Below, one piece after another: positions 12,157 to 26,200 of a stretch of DNA of 64,000 bases; within the stretch, counting starts at the first letter, position 1; every line of letters starts with the position of its first letter. The stretch lies in the NCBI GenBank assembly GCA_028023455.1, contig JAQFVV010000008.1, positions 11,594,001 to 11,658,000 of the forward strand, read 5' to 3'. Source of the DNA: Epiperipatus broadwayi. Its lineage: Eukaryota; Animalia; Onychophora. The notes under the pieces are model-generated. The model saw nothing but the letters and a program-made list of their open reading frames with translations. It did not search any database and was not told where the DNA came from. A program made the position numbers and the translations under genes.

Positions 12157-14335
12157 GCTCAAATATTAGTTTAAATTTGTGGGGGGGGGGGGGGGTTGTA
12201 TAACTTTTTATATTTGATTGTACTAAATAGTAAACTTTTGTTATATACTTCTTTCTATCACATTTCCTTTTGTTATGGCCAAAATACATTTTGAAATATT
12301 AAAGTAGGGGGAGGAGGAGAAAGTAATTACATAATTAGTTAATCACAGTTGGAAAAAAATAAAGATTATGACATTTATTTCTCTAGAATAATGTAGTATT
12401 ATTTTATATATTATCTTTATGAATCATCAGATGAAGATTATTTTTTTATTTATTAATGTGCATGAGTATTATTTTAAAAAAAATAGAAAGAGTTCAAATA
12501 ATAAGAGATAGTTGAATAGATGACTAAATAAAATTTTTACCTTTATATGCATATTAAAAAGTTAAAATTAAATACATTTCTTAATCATTAGAAAAGAATC
12601 TTAGGAGGGAATTATTTTAACATTAGTACATAAATATGTGTGTAATGATATATTTATAAAACAGAATTCAAGTTATTAAATATCTGCTTTTGGAAGTATC
12701 TTAGTTATATTGATATTGGAAATATCTGACATTATTTATGATCCATTTTACTTAAGTGTAATAAAATTAAAGAAAAAGAAAATATTGAAGCAAAAGTATT
12801 TTAAGAATAATAATAATAATGTTATACTTTAGTGACTAATCTGGATTAATCATACTTGAATATTAACAGAATGATTTAAAGAATTAAATGCAGAGTTGTA
12901 CATGTGTATCTATTATAGAATAATAATGATTATATGACCATCTGTTATTTATTTGTCAGCGAATATACTTACTGTTGACCATGTCCATTTATATAAGTTA
13001 AGAAAGAAGTTCACCAAGGATTTATTTCTATATACTTTTCATGGACAATAAACATAGCACTGAATCATAGGTCATACTTTAATGTTTGAGTTGATGAAAT
13101 TAAATATTATACTAATGATGAAATGATTATTTTACCATATGAAGTTCACATAGCTCTGCTACGCATATACCAAGAAAATATTTTGAATTATTTTATATAA
13201 CTTCCATTTTGACTAAAGATCAATAACTTTATTATGTATTCACATTTAGTTATATTTGATGAAATTCATTTCCAAAACAGTGTATTCCAAACTCATAAAC
13301 AAGTCGAATTTACAACAGCATGTGTAATATGCTCACATCATTGTTAAAATTACATTAGAGTTAATCATATAATTAGTGTTAGAGTAAATGAACATGATAG
13401 TTAAACTTAAAAGCAAATTATTTAAAGATAGAAATCGTTTAGACAGTATAAGCAGGAAAAGTTAGTCTCATTAAAACCCTGCATTATAAGCAAATAATAT
13501 TTTGCATAAGTAATACAAAGAATTAATTCCTCTTGAAATTTAATGTATTTTGTAGATAGATTTAATATAGAAGATATTGAAATTATCAATCAATGGTGAC
13601 ATTGTGCATATTTGGAATATTAATAAATTTATTGTGATATTTGTTAAACTAATGTTTTCTTATGTATATTTTCTTTAATAGTGGTTTAATTCAATACATA
13701 CACCAGAGAGAATTATGATCTGATCTATGCTGGAAATAAACATATTATGCAATGGTTACAGAATGAAATGGAGAAAAATGTGAGAAGTCTCTAAGGATAA
13801 TAGTTTAAATTTTCTATATTAGGTTATTTTATAGTGTGGAAGGAGAATATAGCAGCTATAGTATCATTTAGTACATAGAAGAAACCTGAGATTTAAGGTC
13901 ACTTTTATGATAGAGAATTAGGGTTTAAACCTAGAAGAACTTGATGGCATCCAATCTCTTTTCTCAGCATTTCAGGCATATAGGGACCAATTGTTAAAAA
14001 ATATATATTAGTAGCATATTATGTTTTTATTAATAAATTAAAGACAAAATACTAAAAAAGAAAAAAAATTAGAAAATTAACTTTACAGAATATTTTTTAA
14101 ATTTAGATACATCCTTGAAATTTTATTAGATAAATAATAAAAATATTACCATTATTGATAATAATTATGATCAGTACATTCTAGTTTACCAAATAATACT
14201 ATACTCTATTATAAAATTAATACACAAAATTGCACTAAATTAACATCAAAAGGTTAAATACACAAATACAGTTGTGATTTATAGGAAAATATAATGCCTA
14301 TCCATTTTTTAAGCAAATCTTTTTATTTAATATAT

Positions 14336-14687
14336 TGTAACGGTTCAGTCTACGATGTGTGAATGGGGAAAGAGAGCAGGTCGCATCTGACTACCATTGG
14401 ACCTAGGGTCTTCGGGTAGGATGCTGGAGATGACGCGATGAAGTACATAACCCATGATTACATCTACACTCAATAGACTAGCTCAAGGTTCATCTATTAA
14501 ACCCAGATGCAAGTTGGGTCAGTTCATCCACATCTCGCCACTCTCTTTTGGAACCGTTGCCTCAGATTTCGAACTCAGGAAGAATTCGCGTTCGACTCTC
14601 TTGACAGGGATGTACCTACTGTGACTGTTAATCAATAACTGAATTAGATCCTCTTATTTATTAGTAAGGAATAATCTTGATTTAACA
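14336..14687. mobile_element. Probable solo LTR (TGTAAC...TTAACA)
   Basis: TG...CA termini and GC-richer than flanks; homologous to the reverse complement of 32393-32693 (ggatg(c/t)tggagat(g/a)acgcgatgaagtacat). No clean TSD. Confidence 0.55.
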
Positions 14688-15639
14688 TTCATCTCTCATG
14701 CTTATCAAACAATAGTGTGTGTGTGTGCATGGTTAAAATATTGTTTATAGGATTAAATATAAATGCTGGATCAATAAACTAGAGAGACTTTGTCAATTAA
14801 ACAAAACTTCATAATATTTATTTATAAAAACAAAGTATATAAAAACATAGAACAAATTGTCAATCAATGTGCAAAAAAAAATAATAATTCAAAAAATATT
14901 TATGAGTGAAAAGAGACTTATTTGGATATATTCTCCTATACTTTCAACTTCAAGGTCTATGATGAGCATCTATCATATTGTTACTTAAGCAATTTAAAAG
15001 TACTTATCCCCTATTTCCATGATAGATACATATAATATAGACATTTATATACCCAAAAGTAATGAAAACTTTATTAGATTAAAATGAGATTGCTAACTAA
15101 CTTAATTAGAACTTTAAATGCAATTCCAGATACAGTATGCAGTTCTAGGTGTGGAAGTTGGTTGATCTAAAACGACCACCTTGCATATATATATCATGAA
15201 AGAAATATAATGAAACAATACGTGATATGATAGCAAAGTAAATAGTAAAGAATATTAACTCAAAGGATTAGTCACACATACATGAAAATATCTAAGGAAT
15301 ACTATTAGTCAAACATATAACAAATAATATGAATGGTCATGTCATGGTGTGACATTGGTTATTTTAGTTAATTTAAAAAAGAAAGGCTCTTATCGTTTAA
15401 GTACTCAATTTCATAGTCACGAATGAAAAAGATCAAGCATTTTGGTAAAAAGTTACCTAAAATTTTATTAAAAGAAAAAAAATTCAGACTTTTCAACCTT
15501 CCCTCCCTGCTCTCTTCACATTTTCTTATGTTGGACTGTTCCAAACTGTTGAATTAGACCATTTGTACTTCCGAGATAAAAAAAAAAAAAGTCATCTATA
15601 CAAAAGAAAAATCATAACATTTACAACATTTCATGAATC

Positions 15640-15930
15640 GATGAGATGATCAGGTACAATTCTTCATCAGAGTCCTTCTCACATAATAGTTCTTACAATT
15701 CACACATTTTTCTCATTATAAATGTTGATGTCTCTTTATTGCTTCTGAATAGCACATTCTGAACATATTTATATTGGTGGTGGGTGGTTTTGTTCCATTC
15801 CTCATGTAGATTTCCATTATGCATGGACTCAGCTTATCATGCACTTCAATGTAGACAGGTAGCTATTACTTTCACATGGCTATAGTGAGCAAATGCTCGA
15901 CCTGACGACAATCGTTCTAGCCAAAATATA
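15640..15930 (-). mobile_element. Possible piggyBac transposase C-terminal relic
   Basis: Broken frames give 'ERLSSGR..H', 'ICSECAIQKQ.RD' and 'MCEL.ELLCEKD', suggestive of the piggyBac Cys-rich domain. Confidence 0.3.
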
Positions 15931-16008
15931 TCATATTTTGCAATATATATACAGGTTTATATATATATATGCGGTTCACATTTAAAAATATATATATATA
16001 CTATAGAA

Positions 16009-17583
16009 CAGTGGTCTTCAACCTTTTCACACCTGCGGACCGGCAAAAGTAAGGATAAGATTTGGCGGAATGGCAGAAGTTTACAGATAAATTTTCTTAA
16101 AGATGTAACCTGCTTAGCCTTAGATAAGCATAATTGTTATAACTGACCAAAACAGCACAGTAGTTATTGTGTATTGCAATGGTGTTGTTTACCTTCACAT
16201 GCTGAACACTCTTTCTCGAGTTGCGCAGTCATACTGCTACAGAAAACTACAATAACAATCATTCTCATTAATGTGCTTGCATTTCTATGTTTATTATTTC
16301 ATTGTTAAAACATGCAAAAATAAAATGTTATTCACTTGAATGTTGAAAAAGTCAAAAGTTTTGATCTTATTTTAATTTTTTTTTGGGGGGGGGGAGGAGG
16401 GAGTGGGTTGAGAAATACTTTGTCATCACTGAGTCAAAAGACAGAGACCAAAGTTATTTTTTGTTTGTTTTTATTTTTAAAAAAAGGTAACAAAAATTGG
16501 TTTTAAAAATAAAAGTTTTAGTATTTTAGCGGTATACAAATAAAGCCAAAAAAAAAAAATATCACCTTATAGGCCAAAAAAAAGTGGGCATATTTTTAAA
16601 CAAAAAAAAAAAACGAAACTTAAAAAAGTCAAAAGTTTTGATATTATTTTAATTGGGGGTGTGGGTGGATTGAGAAATACTTAGTAAAAGTTAGAGATAG
16701 AAATTTTTTGATTGTTTTTCTTTTTAAAAAAGGTGATAAAAATTGATTTCAAAAATAAAAGTTCAAGGCAAAAAAAGATCTTATTTTAATTTTTTTGGGG
16801 GGAATGGGTTGAGAAATACTTTGTTTTCACTGAGACAAAAGTTATTTTTTAAAAAAAGGTAATAAAAATTGGTTTTAAAAATATGTTTTAGTATATCAGC
16901 GGTATACAAATAAAGGCAAAAAAGATAATTGCCTTATAGGCTAAAAAAAAAAGTGGCTGTATTTTTAAACAAAAAAAACAACTGAAACTTGAAAAAGTCA
17001 AAAGTTTTGATCTTACTTTATTTTGGGGTGGTGGGGGAGTATGGAGAAATACTTTGTAAAAGTTAGAGACAGAACTTATTTTTTGGTTTTTATTTTTAAA
17101 AAAAGGTAATAAAAATTAATTTCAAAAATAAAAGTTTAAGCCAAAAAAAAAAATCCCCGTATAGCCAAAAAACCCCCACTAAAAATGAAATATTAAAAGA
17201 GAGAGTAGAAAAAATTTAAAAGATCAAAAAAAGTCACATTACATTTTATTGTTTTAACAATGCTGACAAGCGGCTGTGATTGGCTATCAAAAAACAACCG
17301 GAGTTTGTATAATAAAAAACTTTTTTCTACACATCCCCCATAAACATCTGTGATAAATAGAAAAACAAATTAATTTATGTATGATTAATTAGATTTTGTT
17401 TTTGTTCTATTTCTTTTTTTTTTAATCGGGTAAAAATGCTATGAAAAAATAAATAAAAATTGTTTATATTAATTAAAAGTTTAAAATCTTATTTTGTTAT
17501 TACAAACTTTCTTGCCAGTCTAACGCAGACCGGCAGAAAACTTCTGCGGCCCAGTGCCGGTCCGTGGTGGTTGAAGACCACTG
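16009..17583. mobile_element. Non-autonomous hAT (Charlie-type) element
   Basis: Perfect 15-bp TIR CAGTGGTCTTCAACC/GGTTGAAGACCACTG; perfect 8-bp TSD CTATAGAA (16001-16008 and 17584-17591); internal tandem array. Confidence 0.93.
16345..17150 (+). repeat. Higher-order tandem array inside the hAT element
   Basis: Related units start at ~16345, 16622, 16770 and 16991, alternating long and short; each carries a G-run followed by gagaaatact. Confidence 0.8.
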
Positions 17584-18449
17584 CTATAGAATAGTTATTT
17601 ATTATTTGCAATATTGGTTATATAATATATTCTCATAATTAAAATTTTATCTGAATACACCGTTCTAATTTCTTTGTTTAGCTTTTAAAAAAAAACATAA
17701 TACTTTTTTTAAATTTATAAATTATTTGGTTTCTATGAAAATCTTGTTTGCTTCCTTAATTTTCCAAATGGAAAATAATAAAAAAATTGGCATTTGTAGG
17801 AACACAAGCATATTCAAACAGTGTCCATTTTGTAAGTATTCAAAAAATAACTGCTTCAACAAAGTTGAATTTCCATGTCAAACGCACAATTTTAAAGGAG
17901 TCATAATAGCTTTTCTTTTTATACCCAGTGTCATTTCCACTGTTTATTTGAAGTGCGTGCCTCTTGTTGCGTTATATAAATATTGTGATTATTGATTCAT
18001 TTAAAAAATAATAATAATATTATTATTATCCCCCTCTTATATTCGGTTGCTTAGTACAATACTTGACCTTTTTCCTATTGCTATGTCTATTTTTTCATCG
18101 TTTAAGTCATTGTTTACATTCATTATAGACGCACAAGATCTCCAACACAATACAATTGTTATTATATATATATGAGTTTGTATGAATTTTCCCAATGTTT
18201 ATATTTCTTGATTAAACACTAGAATTAATTTTATTACAAATATATATGTACGATTTCATGGTAAATGACCTACCATTTCCACTATTTAATATACAATTAG
18301 TACATTATCATAACTATTTATACATTTATATTTTTAAGAGTATTCTAGCAAAACTTATTATTTACTTTATATTAACATCCAAATTAAAAAACAAAACAAT
18401 CCAATATTTCAGGTGGCTAAGGTTTGTGTGAGTGCGATTTTAAGCTACG

Positions 18450-19700
18450 CTCACAATTCCCCTCCCCTACACAGGATTAAAATTTTACTTATGATCAAAA
18501 TTTTAACTCCTAATGAGTGTAAAGTATGTTCATTTTTAGGCATATTAATTCCCTTGTTATCCTTGAAAGATCACAACACTTACTTGCCTATGTTTCCTCT
18601 CTAATCCCTCAATTTTAAATACCTATCCTGGAATTCCCTCTCTTAATAACTATGTATCATCCCAAGTGAGAATCTAGCTTAGGGTAAAAATAAAAAAAAT
18701 TTTTTTTTGTTAACTTTATGGTTGGAGCCTGACCATTTATGTATCTCTATTCTAGATGATATACATCTTTGTCTACTAATCTCTTTCCTGCTCTTCTCTA
18801 AAGGCTTATTGGATTTTGAGGATTACATGAACCAAAATATCCATCACCATGCGTGGATTGATTCAAAAAAATGTGGTCAGTCCTAAGGTATCCTAGCATA
18901 TTTACTGAAGTATACCCTCATAAATACTATGTATTAATCATTACTATCCTAATAAGATTTTTTTTGCTCTCTCACCTTTTTTTAAAACTATCATTTCTAC
19001 TGCTAACTCTATTTACATTATTTTAGGATGGAATTAATAATCTTATACTTATATTGATCAACCGAGATATGGTTTCAATAACCTGGCATTGTATGTGCCT
19101 CTGATCTCTCCTTTCATGTCTAACCCAAAACATTAGGGCCTGCCTGTTTTACAATGACATATGGACCCTATATTGGTCATAAAATTTCTGATACTTGTTT
19201 TCATGGGAGTTTGTTTTGGTGAAGTCTTTATAAGTACTCTCTCCTCTATCTGAAATTTATATGGATTTTCCCTCTCATTCTTGCTTCTCAGTTTTGCTTT
19301 ATTAAGTAGCTATTCATGGGTCTTTTTCCTAACTACTTCCACATTTATGGCATGATGTACAGCTGTGGGTATATTTTTACAAATAGTATTGGTATCTCAT
19401 GGCGATATTGAGTTATTTATTTGGCTTACATCCTATGTTTGGCTAGGTACCCATAAATTATATTCCAGTAAAGGTGTGGGTACGTTCCTTCATCATCTAG
19501 TTGACTTTGAATGTATTCCTTCCATGTAAATGTCATTGTCAATTATTTCATATATAGCTATACATTTATTTATTCTTCCTACGACACCATCTTAGTGGGT
19601 TCAATTATTAAGAAAGTCCATTTTCATGTTCCATGATTGCAATTTATGAAGTTCATCTCTTAATACATGCCTTTCTCTTTTTAAGGCCTTTCATTCAATA
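18450..19700 (-). mobile_element. Degraded CR1/L2-like LINE (endonuclease to RT) relic
   Basis: Fragmentary motifs resembling 'Q.V...TR.RG...PS.LDL' and 'VD.IYLD'; many stops. Confidence 0.4.
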
Positions 19701-21343
19701 TATATATGTTTCAATTCACACAAATATTTGCAGAATATTTGCAAGTATAATTTTTTTATTAGTACAATTTACATAAACATAAAAAAAAAAACATTTATAT
19801 AAAAATTTTTAGCTCTTTTATTAGATGAAATTAATAAATAAAATTAAAATCACCATAAATTTTTTTTTGTTAAATGTAAAACATAATATTTAAGATAATG
19901 GAAATACCCTCCTTTTCTATGTGCAGTCAATATTATTATATCATCTCACTTTGTTAGAAAGCCTACAAATATAAAATAATCATTTATACTTGTTACTTTA
20001 CATTTTATAGATTGATTATTTAACAAAGGATATTAAAAAATCAAATTTAAATCAATACTAGAAGTAAACAAAATTGAATTTCAAAAATTATAAACAGTTT
20101 CATTTTAATACAAGCATTAAATGTATATGATAGATTCATTTCTTCTCCTTTTAACACTCTTAGAAGTAAATCACAATAAGTCAAATATATAATATTAATA
20201 AATACAGCACTTCCAAATTATATTTAAGATAATGGAAACAACTTCCTTTTATGAATAACAACAATATCACTTGTTAACTTAAATTTGAACATTAATAACA
20301 TTACTTATTAGATGGCCAATCTCTATAAGACCTAAGGTAGCAAGTATAAATGATCACTTTCTAACAAAGAGGATACAATTACATTTATAGCATAAGAAAT
20401 AGAGTCCAGTCACTTCGATTATTTTATATGTAATTTGAAAGTGCTATATTTCTCAACAGTATATAATTAGCACTATCATCACTTAGAACAATTTAATAGA
20501 AATAATTAATTTCCCTCATATCACTATACTCTTGTGCAATTTGTGTAAATGTAAGTAATCAATAAGTACAAGATAATAGTCCTAATAAGATTCAAACTAA
20601 TTTCTGGTTATTGGCATATAAAAAATACAATTTAATATAAGTTAAAAGAATCCTGGGTTATTATATAAGCAAGTTAACTATTAAAATAATTCATATTCCC
20701 AAACAAATCACTAAACAAATTATTAGTGCTAAACAGAACAAAATCAACACCCCCAACTCTACTTAGAGGAATTTCTCTTTCTTAATGCCTGGATTCTTAT
20801 TCATATGATCAGAATCTCACTCAGAATATTAATAAAATTAGCAAAATATTATACTTTACATAGAATATGCAGTAACCATGCTAATAGTGAACACAAACAG
20901 AATGATATTGTAATGAGGTTTCATATTGCAATCGTAATCTTTCATACTTCTGAAATGTACAATCTATGATTAATATATCACATATTTACATGAAGTCAAC
21001 ATTATATCAGACATTACATGCTTGCCTGCATTATTAATACAGTTCAATTGGAGAAGTAGAGTTTATATTATCCTAAAAAAAAGATAGTCACTCAGCCAAT
21101 ACAATTTTTTTATTATATATTTTTATGATTACAGTCCTAGTAATTTAATAAGCAATTCTATACCTTTACAATAACTATAACACAAAATTTGCAAATAAAA
21201 AATTCTGTCTGTTTAGAATTTCTAATGCAAACCATAAATATCTGTAAACTGCTACCTTTCAAAGACACTTTACTAAATAAAAGCCCAGAACAAAATTGAT
21301 GCTCTAATATGCAACTTATAAATGATTACCATATATTACAATG

Positions 21344-22044
21344 GAATTGGTATAAAACCAAACATCACATGATCACCATTTCTTATGCTTGCTCATAAAA
21401 CGGGCAAAACTCTCCATACAGTAGTGCCACTCAGTGCAAGCCAGAGTAACCAATAGATGCCAGAAGGCTTGTGCATATCTCTATCTAGTGCCTACTCACT
21501 CAATATCCCCAGACTAGTTTCTGGCTTGTGACCTTCGTCAGTGATGAACTTTGGATCTGAAAGCACTGCACCTAGATCTTAGGATCAAATGCAACCCTCC
21601 AGCAGCCATCTTTTATCTCTACGTAACTACAAAACTATGAGAATAAAATTGAAAACAATCTAAGCTCATTAGCCTATATAGTCATATAGGTCTGAACTCA
21701 GTTCAGTACCCATATATTTGGGTGTCTTTGGTTCTTTAATAACCATAGTCACCACTATCCTATATTAGGCAGAATTGGTGGTATTAAACCACCAAACATC
21801 ACATAATTCCCATTTCTTGTGCTTGCTCATAACTTATTAAACAGGCAAAACTCTCCATACAGTAGTGCCACTCAATGCAAACCAGAGTAATCAATGGATG
21901 CCAGAAGGCTTGTGCATAAAATCACTATCTAGTGCCTAGTCATCCAATATCCCCAGACTAGTTTCTGGCTCCTTCTGGCATCCATTCATTACTTTGGCTT
22001 GTACTGAGTGACACTACTGTATGGAGAGTTTTGCCTGTTTTAAT
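21344..22044 (-). mobile_element. Hammerhead-bearing repeat, locus B: inverted piece + 444-bp unit + tail
   Basis: Same sequence family as locus A in the opposite orientation. GAAACTAGTC sites at 21956 and 21512 are 444 bp apart; 21971-22044 is an inverted copy. Confidence 0.8.
21506..21546 (-). ncRNA. Minimal type I hammerhead ribozyme, copy B (intact core)
   Basis: Minus strand reads catca-CTGACGA-A-GGT-CACAA-GCC-A-GAAAC-TA-GTC-tgggga; all core nucleotides are present. Confidence 0.72.
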
Positions 22045-22079
22045 ATTACAATGGGTATGTGGTAACAGAGAATGTCTAT

Positions 22080-22320
22080 TCTCTAACAAGGTTTTTCCCA
22101 ACACCAAAAAAAAAGTCATCAAAGATATCTTTCATGATCAAACAATGGGATAGTAATCTTCCTAGTACTAATAGCAAACTTTAGATAAATATTCTCTATA
22201 TGGATAATGCACATAGAAGAATTTAGCAACTGTATCCATAAAAAAAATTGCTCCGACATTGCTAAACACTTTTGACAGTGATATTTATCAAATAGAAAGC
22301 AAAGCATATTTATATTTTGC
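22080..22320 (+). mobile_element. LINE RT relic
   Basis: Ends in 'YLSNRKQ', typical of Jockey/CR1 RT after the 'KAFD' motif. Confidence 0.45.
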
Positions 22321-22826
22321 TAAATCTGCATGTGTGATACCATTCAAAATGGATCCATTTTTGATTGTCATAGCTGTTATAGACACATCAATTCAAGAGA
22401 AGTGTATGTGACACGTAGCATTTCTTTTTTTTAAAACCTAATATAAGGATTATAAAATTTAGAATTGTTTGAACTATAGTACTGACTACTTGAATTTTCG
22501 ATTTTAATATCATCCCATTGAAATAAATCCATTGGAAAATAGTAGTTTCTGATTAACAGACTATTATATTTAGTTACTCACATATTCAAAAGACCTCCAA
22601 CAACTTTTTTAGAAAAAACAAATGAAAGAATCACTAAAGTCAAACAAAAAAATAAGTTAGTTAATTCACTGAAATCTAAGATATATTTTTTCATTTATAC
22701 AATTGGTGAAATCCCATTTCACCACTCTAACTACATCATCAATATATATTATAATCTAATAAAGTATCACAATATGAGAAATAACATTTTCCTATTTAAA
22801 TTTTGAAACAATTAGTTAATTTAGAT

Positions 22827-23281
22827 TAGGGGTCAGCAAACTGTGGCTCTTTGATCCCTATCTCGTGGCTCTTTTAATCATGATAACCAAACACAATTTA
22901 AATTTTCTTTTGTAATTTGAAAATAAATATTTTGATGACTATAGGAGAGGAAAAATGTGCATTACAATGTTGTTTCTTGAATTCACCTTTATTATAGAAT
23001 AGTAATTATTGTATATGATGAATATTTAAATATGAGAAATTTGTAAATAAATCAAACTGTCAAAGTAATTTTTTATTTATTTATTTTTAAGATAATTTTT
23101 ATTTTCTCTAGCATGTATATAGATTCTATTAATTTTTATTACTAAAATAAATGTTCAAATATATCCACAGCCATTCAGAAATTCATATTTTTCAATTCTT
23201 TCTTTGCGGCTCTTTAATGGGGGAAGGGAAGAGAGTTTTAAACAAAATGGCTCTTTATGTTAAAAAGTTTGCTGATTCCTA
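22827..23281. mobile_element. hAT MITE
   Basis: TIR taggggtcagcaaac / gtttgctgattccta; TSD atttagat / atctagat (1 mismatch; NTCTAGAN type). Confidence 0.85.
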
Positions 23282-26200
23282 ATCTAGATAGATTAAAATA
23301 ATGCCAAAGAAATGTTCTATATTTGGAGTTCTTGGTAACTGCAATCTTGATATTATACAGATAGCTGTTTGTTACAAATATAATTTATAATGAGACTTAT
23401 CCATATGGAAAATTTCCTGGAAAACCAATCCTAAGTACAAAGATGTCTGACTATCCATTAAATTTCTTGGTGTCTCTTTAAATTATGCTAGGAATACAAA
23501 TATGATAGTTTACAATGCAAGGTGAGTTCTTACAATACAATACATTTCCACTTCTTTGGGATAAAAAAGTTAGTTTATTAAATTCTGTATCATGTACAAC
23601 ATGAAATAACATATAACTCTATTTTTTAGATATTGATCAATGAATAGGTTTCTAAATACTATTAGCTGGACAGAACTTAATCTGCTTTGGTCATATGATT
23701 ATCAACGTACTAATTATAAAAATAAAAAAATATAATTGTCCTGGCCCATGGCAGATTTTTATTTTTCTATACAGTTAAAAATGATGAAGTTATCAATAGC
23801 AATAGCCATATGAATCTGATCTGGTGGACTTATTATATTCTTCTGATTCTAATGTGTAATTCATTTTCTAAGCATCTAAGATTACAAATCAAACCCAATT
23901 GTTGTTATCAATGATTTTCTCTCTTAATTCCATTAGTAAATTGAGTCAATAAACAGAAAACTATTCCTATCTTTAATTTATAAGCCTTGAAACAATATAT
24001 TGTTTTATATTATAAAGTAGACTTTTCTAATATAAATTGTTATATCAGAATACTTTTGATTTACAATTTTATAAAATATGTTTATAATCATAGAATGATT
24101 AACTTTTTGATTCTGAGCAATATTGGAAATAGTTCTAAATCTGTTTCTAATATGAAATCTCTAGTATTATAATAAATGTTAAATAACTTAGGACTATGAT
24201 ATTGAAGACTGACTGACAAAAGCAAAAAAAAAAATCATGTGAATAAATAATTTCTTGACTGAATATTCCAATATCAAAAGCGTTTTTAAAATAATTCCAA
24301 GTGCAGCATTGGCAGAATGCATTTCCTAATATAAAAGTTATTATCAACTACAGTGTCCTAGGCTTACTATCATGAATATATATAAATCAAAAGATTAGTG
24401 CTAGGTGAAAGTGAAACTATCCATAGGAAGGTTAGCTGAAAATTTCAAATGAAAATCTTACAAAACTACGAATGCAAAAAACGAATTCTGATAAATGTCA
24501 ACTCTAAGGATGATTAGAATTAGTTTAGTCATTTAAATATTTGGGATTATAAAAGCAAATGTTTGTTTCTTAAGTTGTATATAACATGATGGTAATTTAT
24601 AGAAAGTATGCTAATGAAATACTATTTATCTGCAAAAGCTTATCATTATTATTAATCTGCATAAGAATAATAATGATGAGTCCAAACCATATACAATATA
24701 ATTGATGAATCCTTAATAATATATATAATATTTATATAGTTGTTTTATTTCAATTGTGTTGAACTATTATTAATATAATTGATGGTTATTGGAAGAGAAC
24801 ATACATATTCAAAAATGATATAATGGAACTACAATGAAACATTGTAACAATAAACTCAAAAAATTTAGGGTTACCAATAACTGGATAAGATGATTAGTTT
24901 CATCATTCATTCTACGTGAATTAGTGCAGTGGTATAATGGAGAACATAAGAGCAAAGGATTACTGGTTTGTTTCTCAGCTAAGTAAAGTAAAATCAAATA
25001 TCTCACTATCTTCCAAAAAATTGATATGATTATTTACATTTACTCTATCATTAGGAAATTATATTGATTTCTTGTAACTCAAATCAGTTTGAATCAGAAC
25101 TTCCAATATCATATGATCTTAAATTGAGCCTTTGGCTCATGAGCTCTTACATCATTATTTTCTAAATCTTCAGTTACACATGCTTATATTATTTCTTTGT
25201 CACATGAATCAACGATAAGAGTCTAGTTAGTTAATCAAAATTAATACAGGCATGACTGTGATTGAGCAGATACTCATATTGGCTATACATTATTGATAAT
25301 GTTTAACAAGGAAAAATGTCCACCATCATCTTCTGTTGCACAACTTCTTCAGTGAATGAGATTTAAAATGAAATTGCTATGTATTTACAGTAAGATTTTC
25401 ATGTCATTTCTTTACTGAAGCATTTTTAGAAAAACTCAATGCTGTATGAATCAAGTCAGAAGTATACCTTTTTAAAAATATAAAATATATACTTACAATT
25501 TAAATATATAATTTCCTCAATAGAAAAGATTTGATTAGTAAACTTATATGTATTTGAAAAAAAAACAACAACACCAAGCTAAAAGAAATGAAATTGTTTA
25601 TTTGCTCATTCAATCTAGAAATCTGAATAATCAGAATATGCTAGTAAGAAAATAATCACACTCTCTAGTTATTGGTTTAATGATGAAAGTGCAATACATT
25701 AAGAAACACAAATATACAAAATAAACTGATTTGTAAACAATCCATATTGAATCATTCTTTTTTATGATATTCTCCCCTGACTTACAATTGAAGTCCCATA
25801 TTAATTTTTATTTTTGAAATATACTACTATTTGTCAATAACTTCTCACCTGGTTAGTCCATGTTCTGGAAATCAAAGCCTGTACTAAATTAATTTTGGTT
25901 AGCATCCATGTCAGTAACAGGCATAGTGTTCTTAATAATTGTTCCATCATCCCCCTTTTTTGGATATCTGATAAAAGAGATGACCTCTTCCCTCCCAAAA
26001 TTAAATTGCAAACAGTAGGAGTGTTATTATTATCATTGTTCATTAGAGTATTATTATTTACCTTCTAATTTTAAAGATCTGTAAATCCTGAGTCCATTTC
26101 AATTGGCCAAACTAATCCAATTCAGTGATGAAAAAAAAAGTCAGCAGGATTTCTAATTTGGATATTATAAGCTTAAAAATGTAAATCAATTTAAATATAG

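Noticed and set aside
25330-25352. Hammerhead-like CTGAAGA-A-GTTG-TG-CAAC-A-GAAG (minus strand)
   Set aside because: GAAG instead of GAAA, no NUH cleavage triplet and no stem I.
25676-25732. C/D snoRNA-like ATGATGA...CTGA
   Set aside because: Too short, no terminal stem; such motifs are common in AT-rich DNA.
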